A stretch of DNA of 64,000 nt from Trichoplax sp. H2. Lineage: Eukaryota. The stretch spans positions 248,001 through 312,000 of the forward strand of contig NOWV01000031.1 of NCBI GenBank assembly GCA_003344405.1, in the 5' to 3' direction. Below are positions 10,501-24,400 of the stretch, one piece after another. Within the stretch, counting starts at the first letter, position 1. Each line of letters begins with the position of its first letter. Under the pieces are notes generated by a model, which saw nothing but the letters and a program-made list of their open reading frames with translations, was not told where the DNA came from and made no database searches. A program made the translations under genes and the position numbers.

Positions 10501-13500
10501 TAATATCTAGTATATTGACGCCTCACAGCTATTATTCACTTTATTTATATAAAAAAATGAATTTGTATAATATTTAGCGCTATGACTAAGTAGTTACATG
10601 CAAAAATTAATAACTTAACTCATAATTTTAGAATAAATCTTCATAATAGGAATGAATTAAACAATTTTAACGGTAAGGTAGAGTGACATACATCAAAGTC
10701 TTATATGAAATAAAATCAGTAGAAAAATTTAGTCAACTTACTGATTAATAAGAGTCTTATTCCACGTTTTTGGATTACCCCATACTTTACTTAATTTGCT
10801 AATGATGATATTACCAGCTTCACGAGGTAAAGTAGCTGCTACACCCGGTGTCTTGAAATAGGTTTTCACAAATGCGGCAACCTAATCCAATTAGATGTTT
10901 TAGAATCTCAGAATATTGAATCATTACTAATTCAATCAATGCTGTTGAATTTTAACTCAAGAATGTGAAACTGTCACCTCTAAGTGTAAAGCTATTTATA
11001 ACTGTAAAAAGAAATGATTAATAAAATGTGAGTATTGCAGTAATCAAGTTATCTCATTGAACTGCTGCTACAGATATTTTTCATTAATGATCTCGGCAGA
11101 TGCTCTACTTTACGCTCAGAACAGCTGTTTTAATTTAATGAAGCGGGTAAGCTATATATATTTTTTTCTACTCAATGTCTGCTATTTTATGAAAAAGTTA
11201 GCTGATGTTAGATTAGCGCTTTACTGAATGATCATTTTCTAGATACAAAGTGGCTACAGTATATCATAGAAAGTGTTAAAAGCCTTAAAGTTAATTTTAG
11301 CAGATATTATTTCTATAATTTATCAACTTAGAGTAACCTTTGATGAATTATTTTGTAAAGTTCTATAGCTAAGATGAAAGGATGCGTATTCAACATTTTT
11401 CTGCTATATCATTAATGCTCCATGAGAGCATTTGATATCAGTAATTTCATACCTTGATACTTATGTCTATTCTATTAATCTTATCCATTATGTTATGGTT
11501 TAGCAATTATTATATGAATTTAGCTTGAAATTTACGGATACTTTTATGCTGTAAAGTTCTTCCATTGTATATAATTAAAGTTACTGATTGATGTATTTTG
11601 TTTAAAGTTACAAAACGATTTGTGTGCTCTGGTACTCTGTAAATCTTCTACCGTATCTAAGAAGACTTTTTACATCATATCTTGTATGGTACTGAACGTA
11701 ATGTAAATTGCTGCGTTTAAGGCTCATATAATTGTTCAATTTAAGCTAATTCACTTCTTTCTACGTTTATGCAATAAAACTAAGAAAGTATAAAAGATTT
11801 ACAAATCTAATAAGGGATAAGTAAACTCAATCTACAATTCCTGGATATACGTATAGCTTAAGCTATTATATAACCATAACAGTATCACCAACTATTATAG
11901 CTGAAATAATAATGAAAAAGTAATCTGTATTCGAACATGGTACACATAGACAAGATATTAGCACAGTAGTGGGATTAGAAAAAATTAGCGTTAAATTTGA
12001 TCTTAATCTATTCTATCATGCCAAATCACGTACATATGAGTTGGATAAAAGTTTGAGGTATTTCACGTCCATATAGGGAAGTAAGATATAAGAGCGGAAC
12101 TTAAACTGTGAAGATTGAGAAATGGTCCAAGTATTGGGTTTGCCAAATGCTCGTACAGCAGCTTGAATTATAGCAATTCGTTGTCCCTTGTCAGCATTAC
12201 GCAGCATTTCTCCTACGACTTTAGAGCTATATTTCAATTTTATCAGCATGTTAGAATTATGAATTGAGCTTCTGATTGTGCAGTAGCTTGTAGCTCAATA
12301 TTGTGCTATGCAATGGGGAAATTTAAGTCGTTATCAATTTAGATCGTAGTAAATCGAAAGTAATTTGATTCAGCTCAACTCACTGGTCAGGAGAACTTAA
12401 AATGGTTTTCCAAACCAAAGTAGGAATTTTTGCAAAATCTTGAGGCGAGAAACCGTTGAAAAATTGGGGTAATCGCAACTTCCTCAATAGATCTAAATTC
12501 CATTTATTAGCATTTCCGTAGTGTACCTTCGCAGCTGCAATGATGGCCGCAGAATAATCTTTCGGAATGGATTTTTTCGAGGCAGTAAACAAGATCTAGA
12601 GGTAGATTATGATTTTAATTAATAAATGTTGATACGATATTCTTGACAATGATCTAATCAAACTAAGCTAACTATTAAGACGCTGGAATTTTGCTAATCT
12701 GCATACTATTATTTCTACTTTGTCTAATTGACTTGCTACATTTCAGCGTCCTACTTCTGCATTGCTATAATTTTCGAAATATCTGATAGCTATCTTCAGA
12801 ACACTCAAAATGAAGCAGTTCTTACCGAAGTTTGTTGAATCATATTCAGAAAGACTTCCTTAGTAGTTAACTTAAGGAAATGGGCTAAAACTGCCGATTG
12901 TCCCCGAAAGAGTTTATTAGCAATGGATTTAATCATTGAAGTAGGAAGATTTTGAATAACTTCAGGCTAGAATTATAAGTATTACATATGAGCGAGAGAT
13001 CAACGCATTTATACGTAGAGTAAAAAGCATAAACGACTATAAAATCAATGAAATAGTTACTTTTAAGATACGAAAGACTTCCACTGGGACTTTAGCCAGT
13101 TCACTCAGGGTTAAGTTTTGAGTGAAATTTGCATCGGTTAACTTCTCCAAGACCTCCGATGGCAGCCTTTTCAACATGGCTTGAATTCGTCTATAGAATT
13201 ATTCACGAGATAAATATGAAAGTCAGATATGATGATAGAAGTTTAAAATTAATTTATACTTCTTTCCAAGCTTGCAGATAGTCAATAAGAACATCTTACA
13301 TCTTAGCATGCTTCTCCAATTGTGCTTCTCTAGAGCCAGGTTTAGGAGCTTGTCCAGGTTTATGAAACTGAAATCCATTGAAAGGATTCGATGCATTGAA
13401 ACGGTAGGAACTATTGTCAGGCTTGATGAATCCTGTATTGTTGACTGAAATGTGGAATAGAAATAAAAAATTAGCAGAAAATAGTTAAGGAAATAGTATT

Positions 13501-16500
13501 AATCTGAAAGTGGCAAATCAATTCCATTCGACGGATATCGTGTATAATAGGTTGATTCTGAGTAACAGCTTGGACACTTTTTTTAGCGTTACAACGATAA
13601 ATATATCTAAATACATAGTGTTTTAATAGGCTAAATATATAAAAGGAACTGATAGACGGCTGAAAAGTTTATTTCATGTTACTCAGCTGTTAGCCACTTT
13701 TGGAGCTAGACCTTTACTTTTATTATCTAGTAGAATCTTGACAATAAATTTAATATACATTTCGATAGTGTATCATTATAATTTTGTATGTCTTAAGTTC
13801 GATTTAGATACTACTATTTGCACTATTTCTATTTTTAAGTAGCTGGGCTTATTTATTCATTGTCGATAGAGAGTTCTAGTGCTGCCCGAAATTAGCTCAA
13901 GATTACAAATACATCATCGCATCGGTGTGAATTTCTTAAGATAAGTTTAGGAGCTTTATTTTTGGTATTTGAGCTTCTGAACAACTTATTTGTAGAATCA
14001 TACCCATTTCATAATATTTCTTTCATTGCATACATTTCAGGCTATGAAAGAAGGATATATATATATTATATATGTACGGATATTGATAGGGTCTGCATAT
14101 GACAGGTAGACTAAATTTGGAGAATTTGCGTAATAAACCTCATGAAATGAAAGAATAATATACTGCAGGTAATGAAGAAATCGTATATTCACAAAGAATT
14201 GATAACTGAGACTACGGTTGCTGTTTTGGATTACATAATTACCAGTGGCCTCTTAATTAGATCTATCATATATATTTGGATGATACGAATTTCATTTATT
14301 TCAGTGTTAATCTAAACCAAAGTAAGCACTTTTATGGCAATATATCTATTCGGAGCCATGATCTAGTGATCCCATTGGTGAATTAAACTATACACTAATG
14401 TCGCAATTTTGGACTTGCAAAACGAAATATACTCGTCTGCTAATCTGTAAGTAAATATAAACTAAGATCTGATGTTTTCCTACTTTCTCAAATTGTAAGT
14501 TTATTTTCATTATATGATATCTATAATTAAATTATGGTATCTAAGCATAATGATAAAGCACTGACATTTGATATTGATAAAGATGACTGCTGAATGAATT
14601 ACAGTTTAAAATAACAGATTGAATAAAAGGCTGGCCAATTTGTATTTTTTATACGCTGAGTAATCCTTTTATTAATCGCTAATAGTATCGTCGAGATATA
14701 ACGCGATTATTAAAGTTAATAAAGACTCTATAGCTCCTAAAATCTCTAGATTTCTATCAAAATTATTCATGACAGATTTAAGTTGTAAATTTTTTCAGCG
14801 ACGATTGCAAACACATTCTTTCGAAAGTATTTTAATTGAAGGATTAATTTGATGTATCCTAGATATTCTGTCTATCAATACACTTGATACCGGTAGTTTT
14901 CAGTAATTCGCAGATGGTTAACTTCGATTCAGAATTATTGATGTAAAATTACCATACAAGGAAACAGATAACCAAACTACACTATATTAATTTATTAATA
15001 TGACTTAATTGTCTTTCGAATAAACGGTATTGAAATGGAATAGGATAATATTGTAATTCGTGAATAGTCTGGAAAGAGAATGGCAGCCGATTGAAATGTA
15101 CCATTTTCAATGAAATCACTAGAGAAGCTACTATGGCAATCAAGTATGTGATACAATAAATTTTTGTGAATTTTTAAAGGAAAATTTAGTTTCACGGATG
15201 ATATTATTTCCTCGGCTGGAGTTTAGTGATAGTGGCCATATAAACGGTATACCGTTATGATTAATTCGACATAATAGGCTTGTTTAAATTAAGGAAAGTG
15301 ACTTGTGAATCTTAGCAATTTCAGCTGAGAGCTAGAGTAAGTCTACAATTAGAACTGTAACTAATCAGGCTGGAATTGGGCGAAATACAAGCAGATGTTT
15401 GACATATAAAAAACTTGAAATATAAAAATGGATTGAAAAGGAGACTTTGGGAAGATAATTCAATCTCTATATAAATAGAATAATGATACTGTAGGAAGAA
15501 TGGAATGAAATTTGACAATGTAAACACTCTATTTCTAAGGAATCAAAGGATCGGTAATAAAATAGTATCAATTTAGAGAAAGTGTAACGTTCTTCCTATA
15601 AGTGTCAGCAATTAGGCTAGCCTACACGAAATTATCGGCCAATATAGTCAGAATTAATTAAAAAAGAAATCTACATGAATTTTTTAAGGAACTGAAATAT
15701 AAATGGAGGTAAACACTTGCATAGATAGAATTGATCTGTAAGGAAGAGAAAAAATTGTTCTACGCTCCTTTTTCTAGTAATTGTTGACAGTTTTACTTGC
15801 TAACACTCGTTAAATTATTTGAATAGAGTGGAGACTAATATAAATATGAATAGACATTATTTCATGAGCGATCTGTATTGAAACAGAATTGACGCTAACT
15901 GGCATAGAATTGACAAGCGATGGGAGTTTAGTACACCTCTATTGCCAATTCTTAATAGTTCATACTACTTTAGGACTTACCTGACGAATTTGAAGGTCTT
16001 CCTGAGGAATCTAAACAGATCGAAAGAAAATATAATGAAAATGCTAGAATGAAAACAGAACCTTCTCTATTACTTACGCGGTAATTCATGAAAAAGTAGA
16101 AAAGTTATTATTTTTAGGACTTACTCGTTGAATTCGAAGGTTTTCCTGAAGAAGCTAAATAGATCGCAAGAAAAATACAATAACAATGTTAGAATGCAAA
16201 TGAGATCTTCTCTATCCTCTGTAATCATAAAACAGTGGAGGATAAATTAAATTTAAAATTAACTGTATGGACTATGCCAAGGTGTGAAATGCCCAATACA
16301 AAAGAAATATACGTAATTTAACAAAATTTAAGAATTAGAAATGGTGAGAGAATAATTCAGGAATAGATAATCAAGACTATCGTAATGATCCTTCACAACA
16401 TAATTCAGTTTTGATCCTAACTAGTCTGTACATTAATTTCTCTTCAGAATAGATCTGATAGAGTACAGGAATACTCTATCTTTGACTATATAGCGATGAG

Positions 16501-18915
16501 TCTAAGATTAACAGTAGTCCATTTAATAAAACTGGGGGCCAAGGCCTATTTAGGGAGGTTAAATAAATAACTGTAACAATCTAATCCTTAAGGTGATGAA
16601 AGCCCTCAACAATTCAGCATGTGTAAATTAGTCTGTAGTGCAGTAACTGCTATGCCATTGATAAATAGCATTTATTTTTTATCATTTCATTTTATATCTT
16701 ACCATAACACTGGATGGTATATCGCAAATATTTCGTCTATCCTAATAGAAATTGACTATCGCTACTTTTTTTACTATGAAATAATATTGAGGTAATTGTC
16801 AACAGTAGTGAAACAATTCCTTGCTGTGGCTAACCTGCCATCTATTTAAAATTTTGATATAATTCTAAATCTAGGATAGTGACTGATAACTGAATGGCTA
16901 ATGCAATCTCTTAAATAGGGCAAACTAACTATTCAGGGCATTTCATTTTCACTTATTACATGAAATACAATAAAATCACCAATTGCAAATACGAAAAACA
17001 AATAATTACATTTGTAACTACACACCATAGAGATATAAGGTAGATAACTCATTCTAGATAGCAATATACTTATTTATGAAGATTATAGATAAATTAATTT
17101 AATAAAGTCGACTGCTTATGTAATTGAACCCAAAGATGATTATCTTGTTTCAGTGACCTTAATAAATTTATTGGCAATCATATCTTTATCAAGACTCTTT
17201 TAAGATTCTAACGTTCATTAGCCCTATTATCCTAGACTACAATATTTTGCAGGGAGTAATGAAATTGTTGGCTATTACATTCGAAAGTGTACTGCTCTAG
17301 TATTTAATACTGTTATGAACGACGATTATGAACAAAGAGCGATCGTTCAATCATCTCGATGCTGCTTTATTGTGGGATAGGAAAATCGCTTGTGAGTTTC
17401 TTTTAGTATAGAAATCTTTATTAATGTTGAATTAAAATTAGGGATCCCAAAAGAAAAGAGAGCTAACGTACCATTTCTTTATTTTTTTACTCATATGTGT
17501 GGCTTCATTCATATCTGCATAATGATTAAAGTTTTAAGCTCAAAATTTTCCGATATAGGAAGCACTACAAGAGTATTCTGATTTACTAACTGGTTTTGCT
17601 CAAATACCGCTATATTACTTTATCAGGAAAATGGGTAGGAGCTGAAAATTATTTGATACCGGCCTATAATTTATGTACTATGTCTAAGTTACTGAACTGT
17701 GAATCTAATACTCTATTACCAATAAAAGATTTCAACGGGAAATGATGCTACTGATGTTGAAGGTGTTCAAGCAGTGTATAACATTAGAAAAAGCACTTTG
17801 CCGCTAAAAGTGGACCATATAAACGCAATTACACATCATTTCTAATCGGTAAACCGCTTAAAGTTTAAGGCCATTTGTGCACGTATGTAAGTAAGTAAGT
17901 AAGAAAATTCTGTTAATTGCAATGTTAATGCAATTTCATAACGTATGAAACTGCCGTCGTCTGCGAAGGTGCTTTCTAGTAGAAGGTGGGATATTAGTAG
18001 ATATAAAATAAAAAATATTTGTATAAATAACTATTAATTATCGATTATCTATTTCATGCATTATTTTCCACTGATTAGCTAGTGGAGCAGTAAATTCTGC
18101 TTTTAATTTTATTTAATCAACTATGGCAATGTGTAGAACATTTTCCATAGTGTAAGAAACGAATAGAGAAAAAGAACTCAAGCGAGAATAACGTAGCAAA
18201 AGAGGGTGGGTAATAAGATGAAGGCATATTAGTAACACGAGTACGTTATGACACTGTGGCTCGATGGATACTTCAGTTCAGTCGCAATACAGTGGATAAA
18301 TTACTGTAGCGATAAAGTAAAGAAAAATGCACTAGTACGCAAATTATTAACCGACAGTAGATAGGATATAATTCTTTTTCACTACTGGTACTCTGAGAAA
18401 ATTTTTAAATTAAAGTCACTAGTATAGATTGGATTAGATGAGAATAATATCAATGGCCGCATCAGTTAAGCTTGATCAAGAAGAATTCTCAACTCGATTA
18501 CCCATTTTAGTCTGCATCCTAAACTAAGCTCATGTCGTTACATCAACTAAATCGATGGAATTCAACAAATAAGTTTGCATTAGCTGCTTAGTTTTCTTCT
18601 ATAAAATTCAATTCTATAGAAAATACGCTCATAATTTTCATTGATTAAATGGCATGCTTAACTAAACATAAGGCAGAGTGAATTTATGCTAGTATCCTTC
18701 CTATTTAATATTATAGAATTACTAATTACGAATAATATGATCAAGATTTCACAAATTGGTATAAAAATAAATAATATTCGCTAATATTCCCTTTCAATTT
18801 GATTCGCATTTTATATTACTATAGCTTGTAATTAAATGAACTTAATCAGAAACTTACCGGCTTCTTGAAAAATGAAAAGCATGGCTATCAAAGCCAAAAA
18901 TGCATATTTCATCAT
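4513..18915 (-). CDS. Otoancorin/stereocilin/mesothelin-superfamily secreted GPI-anchored protein, paralog A (~26 exons, ~1,200 aa)
   Basis: Exon 1 (18858-18915) is a signal peptide, MMKYAFLALIAMLFIFQEA. Internal exons give helical repeats such as YGNPKNWTAADLSNIGSIA, VKSWTSSHVKQLGSLVTGLSTSDFDQL and FGSTVSTWETASVRTAGVALGGCDSADLSSLS...AITATQKSSLSSAQVQAL. A Thr/Ala/Pro stalk precedes the hydrophobic tail SAATAIRAGLSLVASIVIAITML* (last exon 4513-4583). Family call is from recalled motif resemblance, not a database search. Confidence 0.8.
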
Positions 18916-19600
18916 GATGAAAATTTTTTCCTTTACTACTTGAATGAATCGTTTCAATCAAATTAGCCTCCAAATTAACCGTAGATTGCAACAGGCTAAA
19001 GGATGATAGAATAACTAGGTAAGATACGCTATCAATTTAAAGTTAAGTAATTAAAAAAGTAGCGTATCACAGACTACAAATTAAAGACAAGTAAAAAAAA
19101 TATTAATGGGCCAATGCGAAAGATTTAGATTATGATCTTAATGATGTGGGAAACAATTCTAGATTCATTGCTTTTTATTAATTTAAAAGAGCCCATTCAA
19201 TCATCAACTTGATGATAAGGCATCTATAGTTGAAAATAACAACAACAACGACAGCAATAACAACAACAAGTAGATAATAACGGCCACGGACTAGACAATT
19301 CTATCTAAATATGGATAAAGCGAAAAGTATTCATGGTCCTTTGTAGAGTAATCTTGCCATTGATTAGAATAGGGACACTTAATCTCTATCCAGTATTTCA
19401 CTACAGGGCGAAGTTATTGTAGTAAATATCGGATGACGACGATGATAATTGAATAAAAGTAAAAATGAAATACAATAGCTATCTAGTTGAATTCGATTGA
19501 TATAACTATAGAAATAAATTGATAGTCAAGATACGGTAACTTGTCAACAATAGTAACAATCAGCTATTGTTATCAGATCGATTTATTGTTGTTTCGATAG
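18916..19600 (-). promoter_or_regulatory. Conserved 5' flank of paralog A (homologous to 34998-35660)
   Basis: Collinear blocks shared with the upstream region of paralog B, e.g. AAAAAGTAGCGTATCACAGAC vs AAAAAGTAGTGCATTACAGAC and GATTCATTGCTTTTTATT...CATTCAATCATCAAC...ATAGTTGAAAATAACAACA vs GATTCATGGCTTTTATT...CATTCAATCATTAAC...ATAGTTAGAAATAACAACA; both include ACTAGACAAT. Confidence 0.7.
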
Positions 19601-21480
19601 CATGGCAACATGAGATGACGTGATTAAAATATAAATCATTCAATTGCTTTCTAGTCTATTCGAATGATTGAACGTGTCCTCCTATCTACTCTATATTTAG
19701 GTGGACTTCATGCTGGTCCAAGCCATTGAAAATGAATTAAATCCGAGATAGATTATGAGAGACTTAACTAGATCATATTTACATTTTCATCTCTATTTTT
19801 TTCCATATTTATCATGGTGATATTGAATATCAACAATCCTATACATAACTATTTGCATTAACTCCGCCTAAAGGGAGAGGATAGGCGACTTTAGAAAACC
19901 CGTTGCTAATAGGGAATTGTGTGGGTAGGTTGATTACTTCAATAATTTACCGCACTTGTTAAATTGTAACAACATGCAGTCCAGCAATTCAAAACAGTGA
20001 CATCACACATCGATCACTGAATATAGACAAGAGCTCTTTCTATTATAGCCAGCTTGATTAAATCGTTAAATCTCTGTATATTGAGAAAGACCAAAATTAT
20101 TTCCATCAATGACATAATGGATTTTTTTCGTTTACTGAGAGAGTGCAGTATAACCATCGATTATTATCGCGCAGTACCGCAAAATAGCATTTTTATACGA
20201 TGGATAAAGTAGAATTGTACATTCTTACATGTATAGCAACAGTCACTGATTTGATTTATAAGCCATGAAGGGATAAGGTAGTAAACTCAAAAGATATAAA
20301 TTAATGATCTAAGAACCCTTTGTACGCATATATCCACGGGATCATGGATTATATTTTAGAAATATTCGTATCTATTACGATCTATACGGTAGCATACGTT
20401 TGCTTGATACCCTTGATGGGCAATCGATGTCCACTTATAGTCTACTTTCAATAGTAAAGCCTCTACATAATTATAACCGATGTGTCTTTAGAGTAGATAA
20501 GAGCAGTGAGCTATCACAATCTTATACTCTATGATGCATTTAGCATCATACTAAATTGAAAATTAATGCAATCAGCCCAAAAGAGGTAGAAATAGATGAT
20601 AAACAGAAGTTAATTGTGATGTGAATAGTTTAAAGGTCGAAAGAGCATTTATAGCCCATAGATAGAGTATATTGAGGCAATAATATCGATAATTAAGAAA
20701 AAATACTTGTGTATATATGCAAATGGGCAGCAATCACTGACTTGATTCATAGGCAATGAAGAGATAACAAAAGTAAATCTAATACCAGCAAATTTCTGTT
20801 CTATGAGAGTAGTTGTATGTCATTATTGCCCGCTACTAGTCACTTTTGGTCCGATTTTAATTGTGAAATACTATACAGCCAATTCTATACATATACGGTA
20901 GCTCCAGTAGTAAAGAGCAAACGAATAGTGACAGTTCTAAATCCTATCAGATTTGTTTAAGTTTGAATAAAATTAGTCATTCGATCAAAAAGACAAAATT
21001 GGTCCAAACAATAATTTATTAGTGTGGAGTACGAACGCCCCCGAAAAGCCAAAGTACTATAGTTAAAACAAGAGCAGGATGGTTGTTAGAAACCCTTGTT
21101 TAAACGGCTATCTGCAGGTTCAGTCTGTTTAAGACTTGATGACAGCACATCTAAATACGGGACATGCTACCTTTATATTAAATTAAGTTAATTTCAAGCA
21201 CACAGACGATAAATCAATATTTAGGGTAGCTACATATATTCAAATTTCATTGTTACTTCCAAGAGTTAATATCCACATGACAATTTAGTTATAAAGGGTT
21301 AAAATTTATACGTCTCGGTAAGTACTGTTTCATAAGTACGAGTACCGTATCCGAGGAGAAATTACTTGTTATCATAAAATGGACCAAAGTCAAGTAGATA
21401 TTTATAATGAAGTTAAATTGATGAACGGCGTTCTAAAACTACGTAGACAAAAAATAGTGTAGTTCTAGCTAGAAAAGGAA

Positions 21481-24400
21481 TTAAAGACTCCCCATGGCGA
21501 AAACAACGCATATCACTAAAGACAGACCAGCTCTGATTGTGGTAGCAGCAGCTAGAAAAAAATTCAAGTGTTAAATTTAGGATATGAGGCATGATCTACC
21601 GTATAATTACGAGACCTCGTGAATATAATTTATTAACATATACAGCATACTAGTAATATACAGTATTAACTTACATGTCGTTGTAGACTTTACTGTCGTC
21701 GCAGGAGTTGCTGTAGTTTCGGTGACATAATTATCACCTTGCTGAGCTTGATTTAAAGCTTGTACTTGAGCTGGTGACAAGGAAGATTTCTGGGCCGCAG
21801 TCACCGCGCTAGCTTGGCTTTCATCAAATTGGCCAATTTGACCACTTGAGAATTTCTAGACATATCCGTGGAGAGTGAGTTAAATAATGTTGATAAAGCA
21901 TAACTTTCAAATTTTGTGCCTAAAACTTACTGCTAACTGACCACCAGGAAAAAGTTTAATTGCATCCGCTTTCATCACATTAATTGCATCTCTACTTAGC
22001 GATGAAAGATCAGCAGCATCACAGCCTCCTGTTACGTGTGCAGGCATAAAGTAGAAATGATGGTTAACTACAGTTTCGAATTATAATCATACTAATGGTA
22101 TTATAGTATCTAAGGATAAGTAGATTTTTTAGCTATAAACCTAAAACAGCTCCTGCACTTCGAACAGATGCAGTTTCCCATGTTGAAACTGTGCTACCAA
22201 ACGATTTCTTGGCTTTAGAGCACAACTGCTGCAACTGAGTTAATGACATTCCTGACACAACTCCGATAGTATCCGCTGCATCTCTAATAACATTATTTGT
22301 AAAATATAAACAACGAAAGTGAGTATGGCTAGCACTAAATATACTTTCACAACTGCGAAAAGTTTAATATGCAATAGCCTAGGCAGGCTCATTGACTTAC
22401 TCATAGGCTTGCGGAGTCATTTTACCCAAATCCGATGCTGATAATCCAGGTAACATATTCTTAATTGCAAGAAATCGACTCGCTGGCCAGGTAGATACAT
22501 CCGATCCGGCGAAATGAGACTTGACTTTAGCTATTAGTTGCGTTAGCTGTATTGTGTCATAATTTCAAATACCATGAATATCGATATGTTGGATTGGTAA
22601 GAATAATGTTAGTGTACTTGTAGGCTATATTTTTATATTGTAGCCTAATATATCTATCTTCATGCGACATCAACAAAAGAAAGTAATTTTCTATTTATTT
22701 GGGATTTTACCTGTGACGAGTTCCATGCTTGTTCTCCTAAAGCAGATACTGCATCAGCACTTGTCAAATTTAATTTGTCTAGATCAGATGCATTAAATCC
22801 AGTCATAATCTTTCCAAGAGAATGTATCATGTCAGGGGAGAAACGATCCAAACTGCCCCAGTACTGCAGATTAATAGCATAGTTGTTATCATTAAATCGA
22901 AATAACACTAAAACTGAACTTTTCAGACATAGAAAGTTGTGTTACAAGTTCTAAAAGTACATTCTCAATTTGAGGATTCTCGTTTTTTTCAGTCTTTATA
23001 TGCAGCATTTTAGCTCCGTGGTGTTTTAAGATTTTAAATAAGTATACCTTTTTTATAATTTATCTAAGAGAATGGTTTTATACAAGATAAAGTTATCAGA
23101 GTATAAAAATTCATTTCTCTTCAATTATAGAAATTTTGGAGACAGATTAATCAAACTTTCAGTCAAGATCGCAATAACTTAATGCGATGATTCCACTGAG
23201 TCAGAAAATATTCATACCTGTTTTGCTCTTGCTGCCAGCGCGTGAATTTGTTCTTTAGACAGTGATGCATTTCCTAAAGTTTCAATTGAATCCGCAAAGG
23301 TAGCATTATCCATATTTTTAATATGGTTGCTAGTTAACCCTGTGGATAAATCGCTTCCGAGAGAGAGGATATCATAAGATGAAATAGTATTTGTGGCTCG
23401 TCTTTTCCTAGTTGTATTATTAATTTCGAAATATTTCGAGACGATAACTGCTTTTGTGGAAGGCAAAAATTTTTCACCATTAAAACTAGCAATGGAAAAG
23501 CGGACAGCATCCTATTACAGCGGTGGAAATTATAAATTCAGTCATTATTTAAATTTCTACATTGTAATACTTTGTCATGATACTCGAATAAGTTAGATTT
23601 TTTATGTTTTCTGTTAATTGAGTAATTACTTCTAGATTATGATATATTTCCGAGGTACACCATTTATACCGTATTTTATGTATATGAATGGAAAAATTTT
23701 TACCGGATTTAATTTCTTCAATTCTGTTGGTGTAAAGCCATCCAAACATGGCCCAAGGTCGCGAACCGTTTCTGAAGGTAACCCTCGCATCGGATCGGCC
23801 GTATTTCCCGGATATCTTGAATGTGAAAGTCATTCGTTTATTAGATCATGATACTACAGCTTAATAATTAGTAAACACAAAATAGATTTTCTAAAAGGCA
23901 CGATAAAGTTAGTATTCCCTTTCTTCTACGCACAACGATTATACCTGCAATCAAAATTAGAGTAACTGTTACAACATACCCTACAGCCATCTTGGTACGA
24001 TTTGCAATTTCCATCTTCAATGCTAAAGGTAAACAAGGTGTTCTGCACATGGAATATAAATGATTGGATAAGACATCCTTAGGAATTCTACGAATATGAG
24101 CCACTTTCATGCCACAAGCTAGTTTTCCAAAGCTGAGGATGTCGTCATCAGTAAAATTCATACTATTATCTTTTCCCTATCATCACCAATGACGTTTCCA
24201 TTATAAACAATCAAAGCTAGCTAAAAATCATATCATTTAGCCTAAGTAGTTTTTCGTCTCAAAGCTTAATTGGGTAAACTTACATAGCATCGAATAGCAG
24301 CATCAAGTCGCCTTTGATACGCGCGAATATGTGCACCTTCAAAATTGCCTGAGCTGCCTATAATTCGAATAGCTTCGCGACATGTGGTATTAGTCATATT

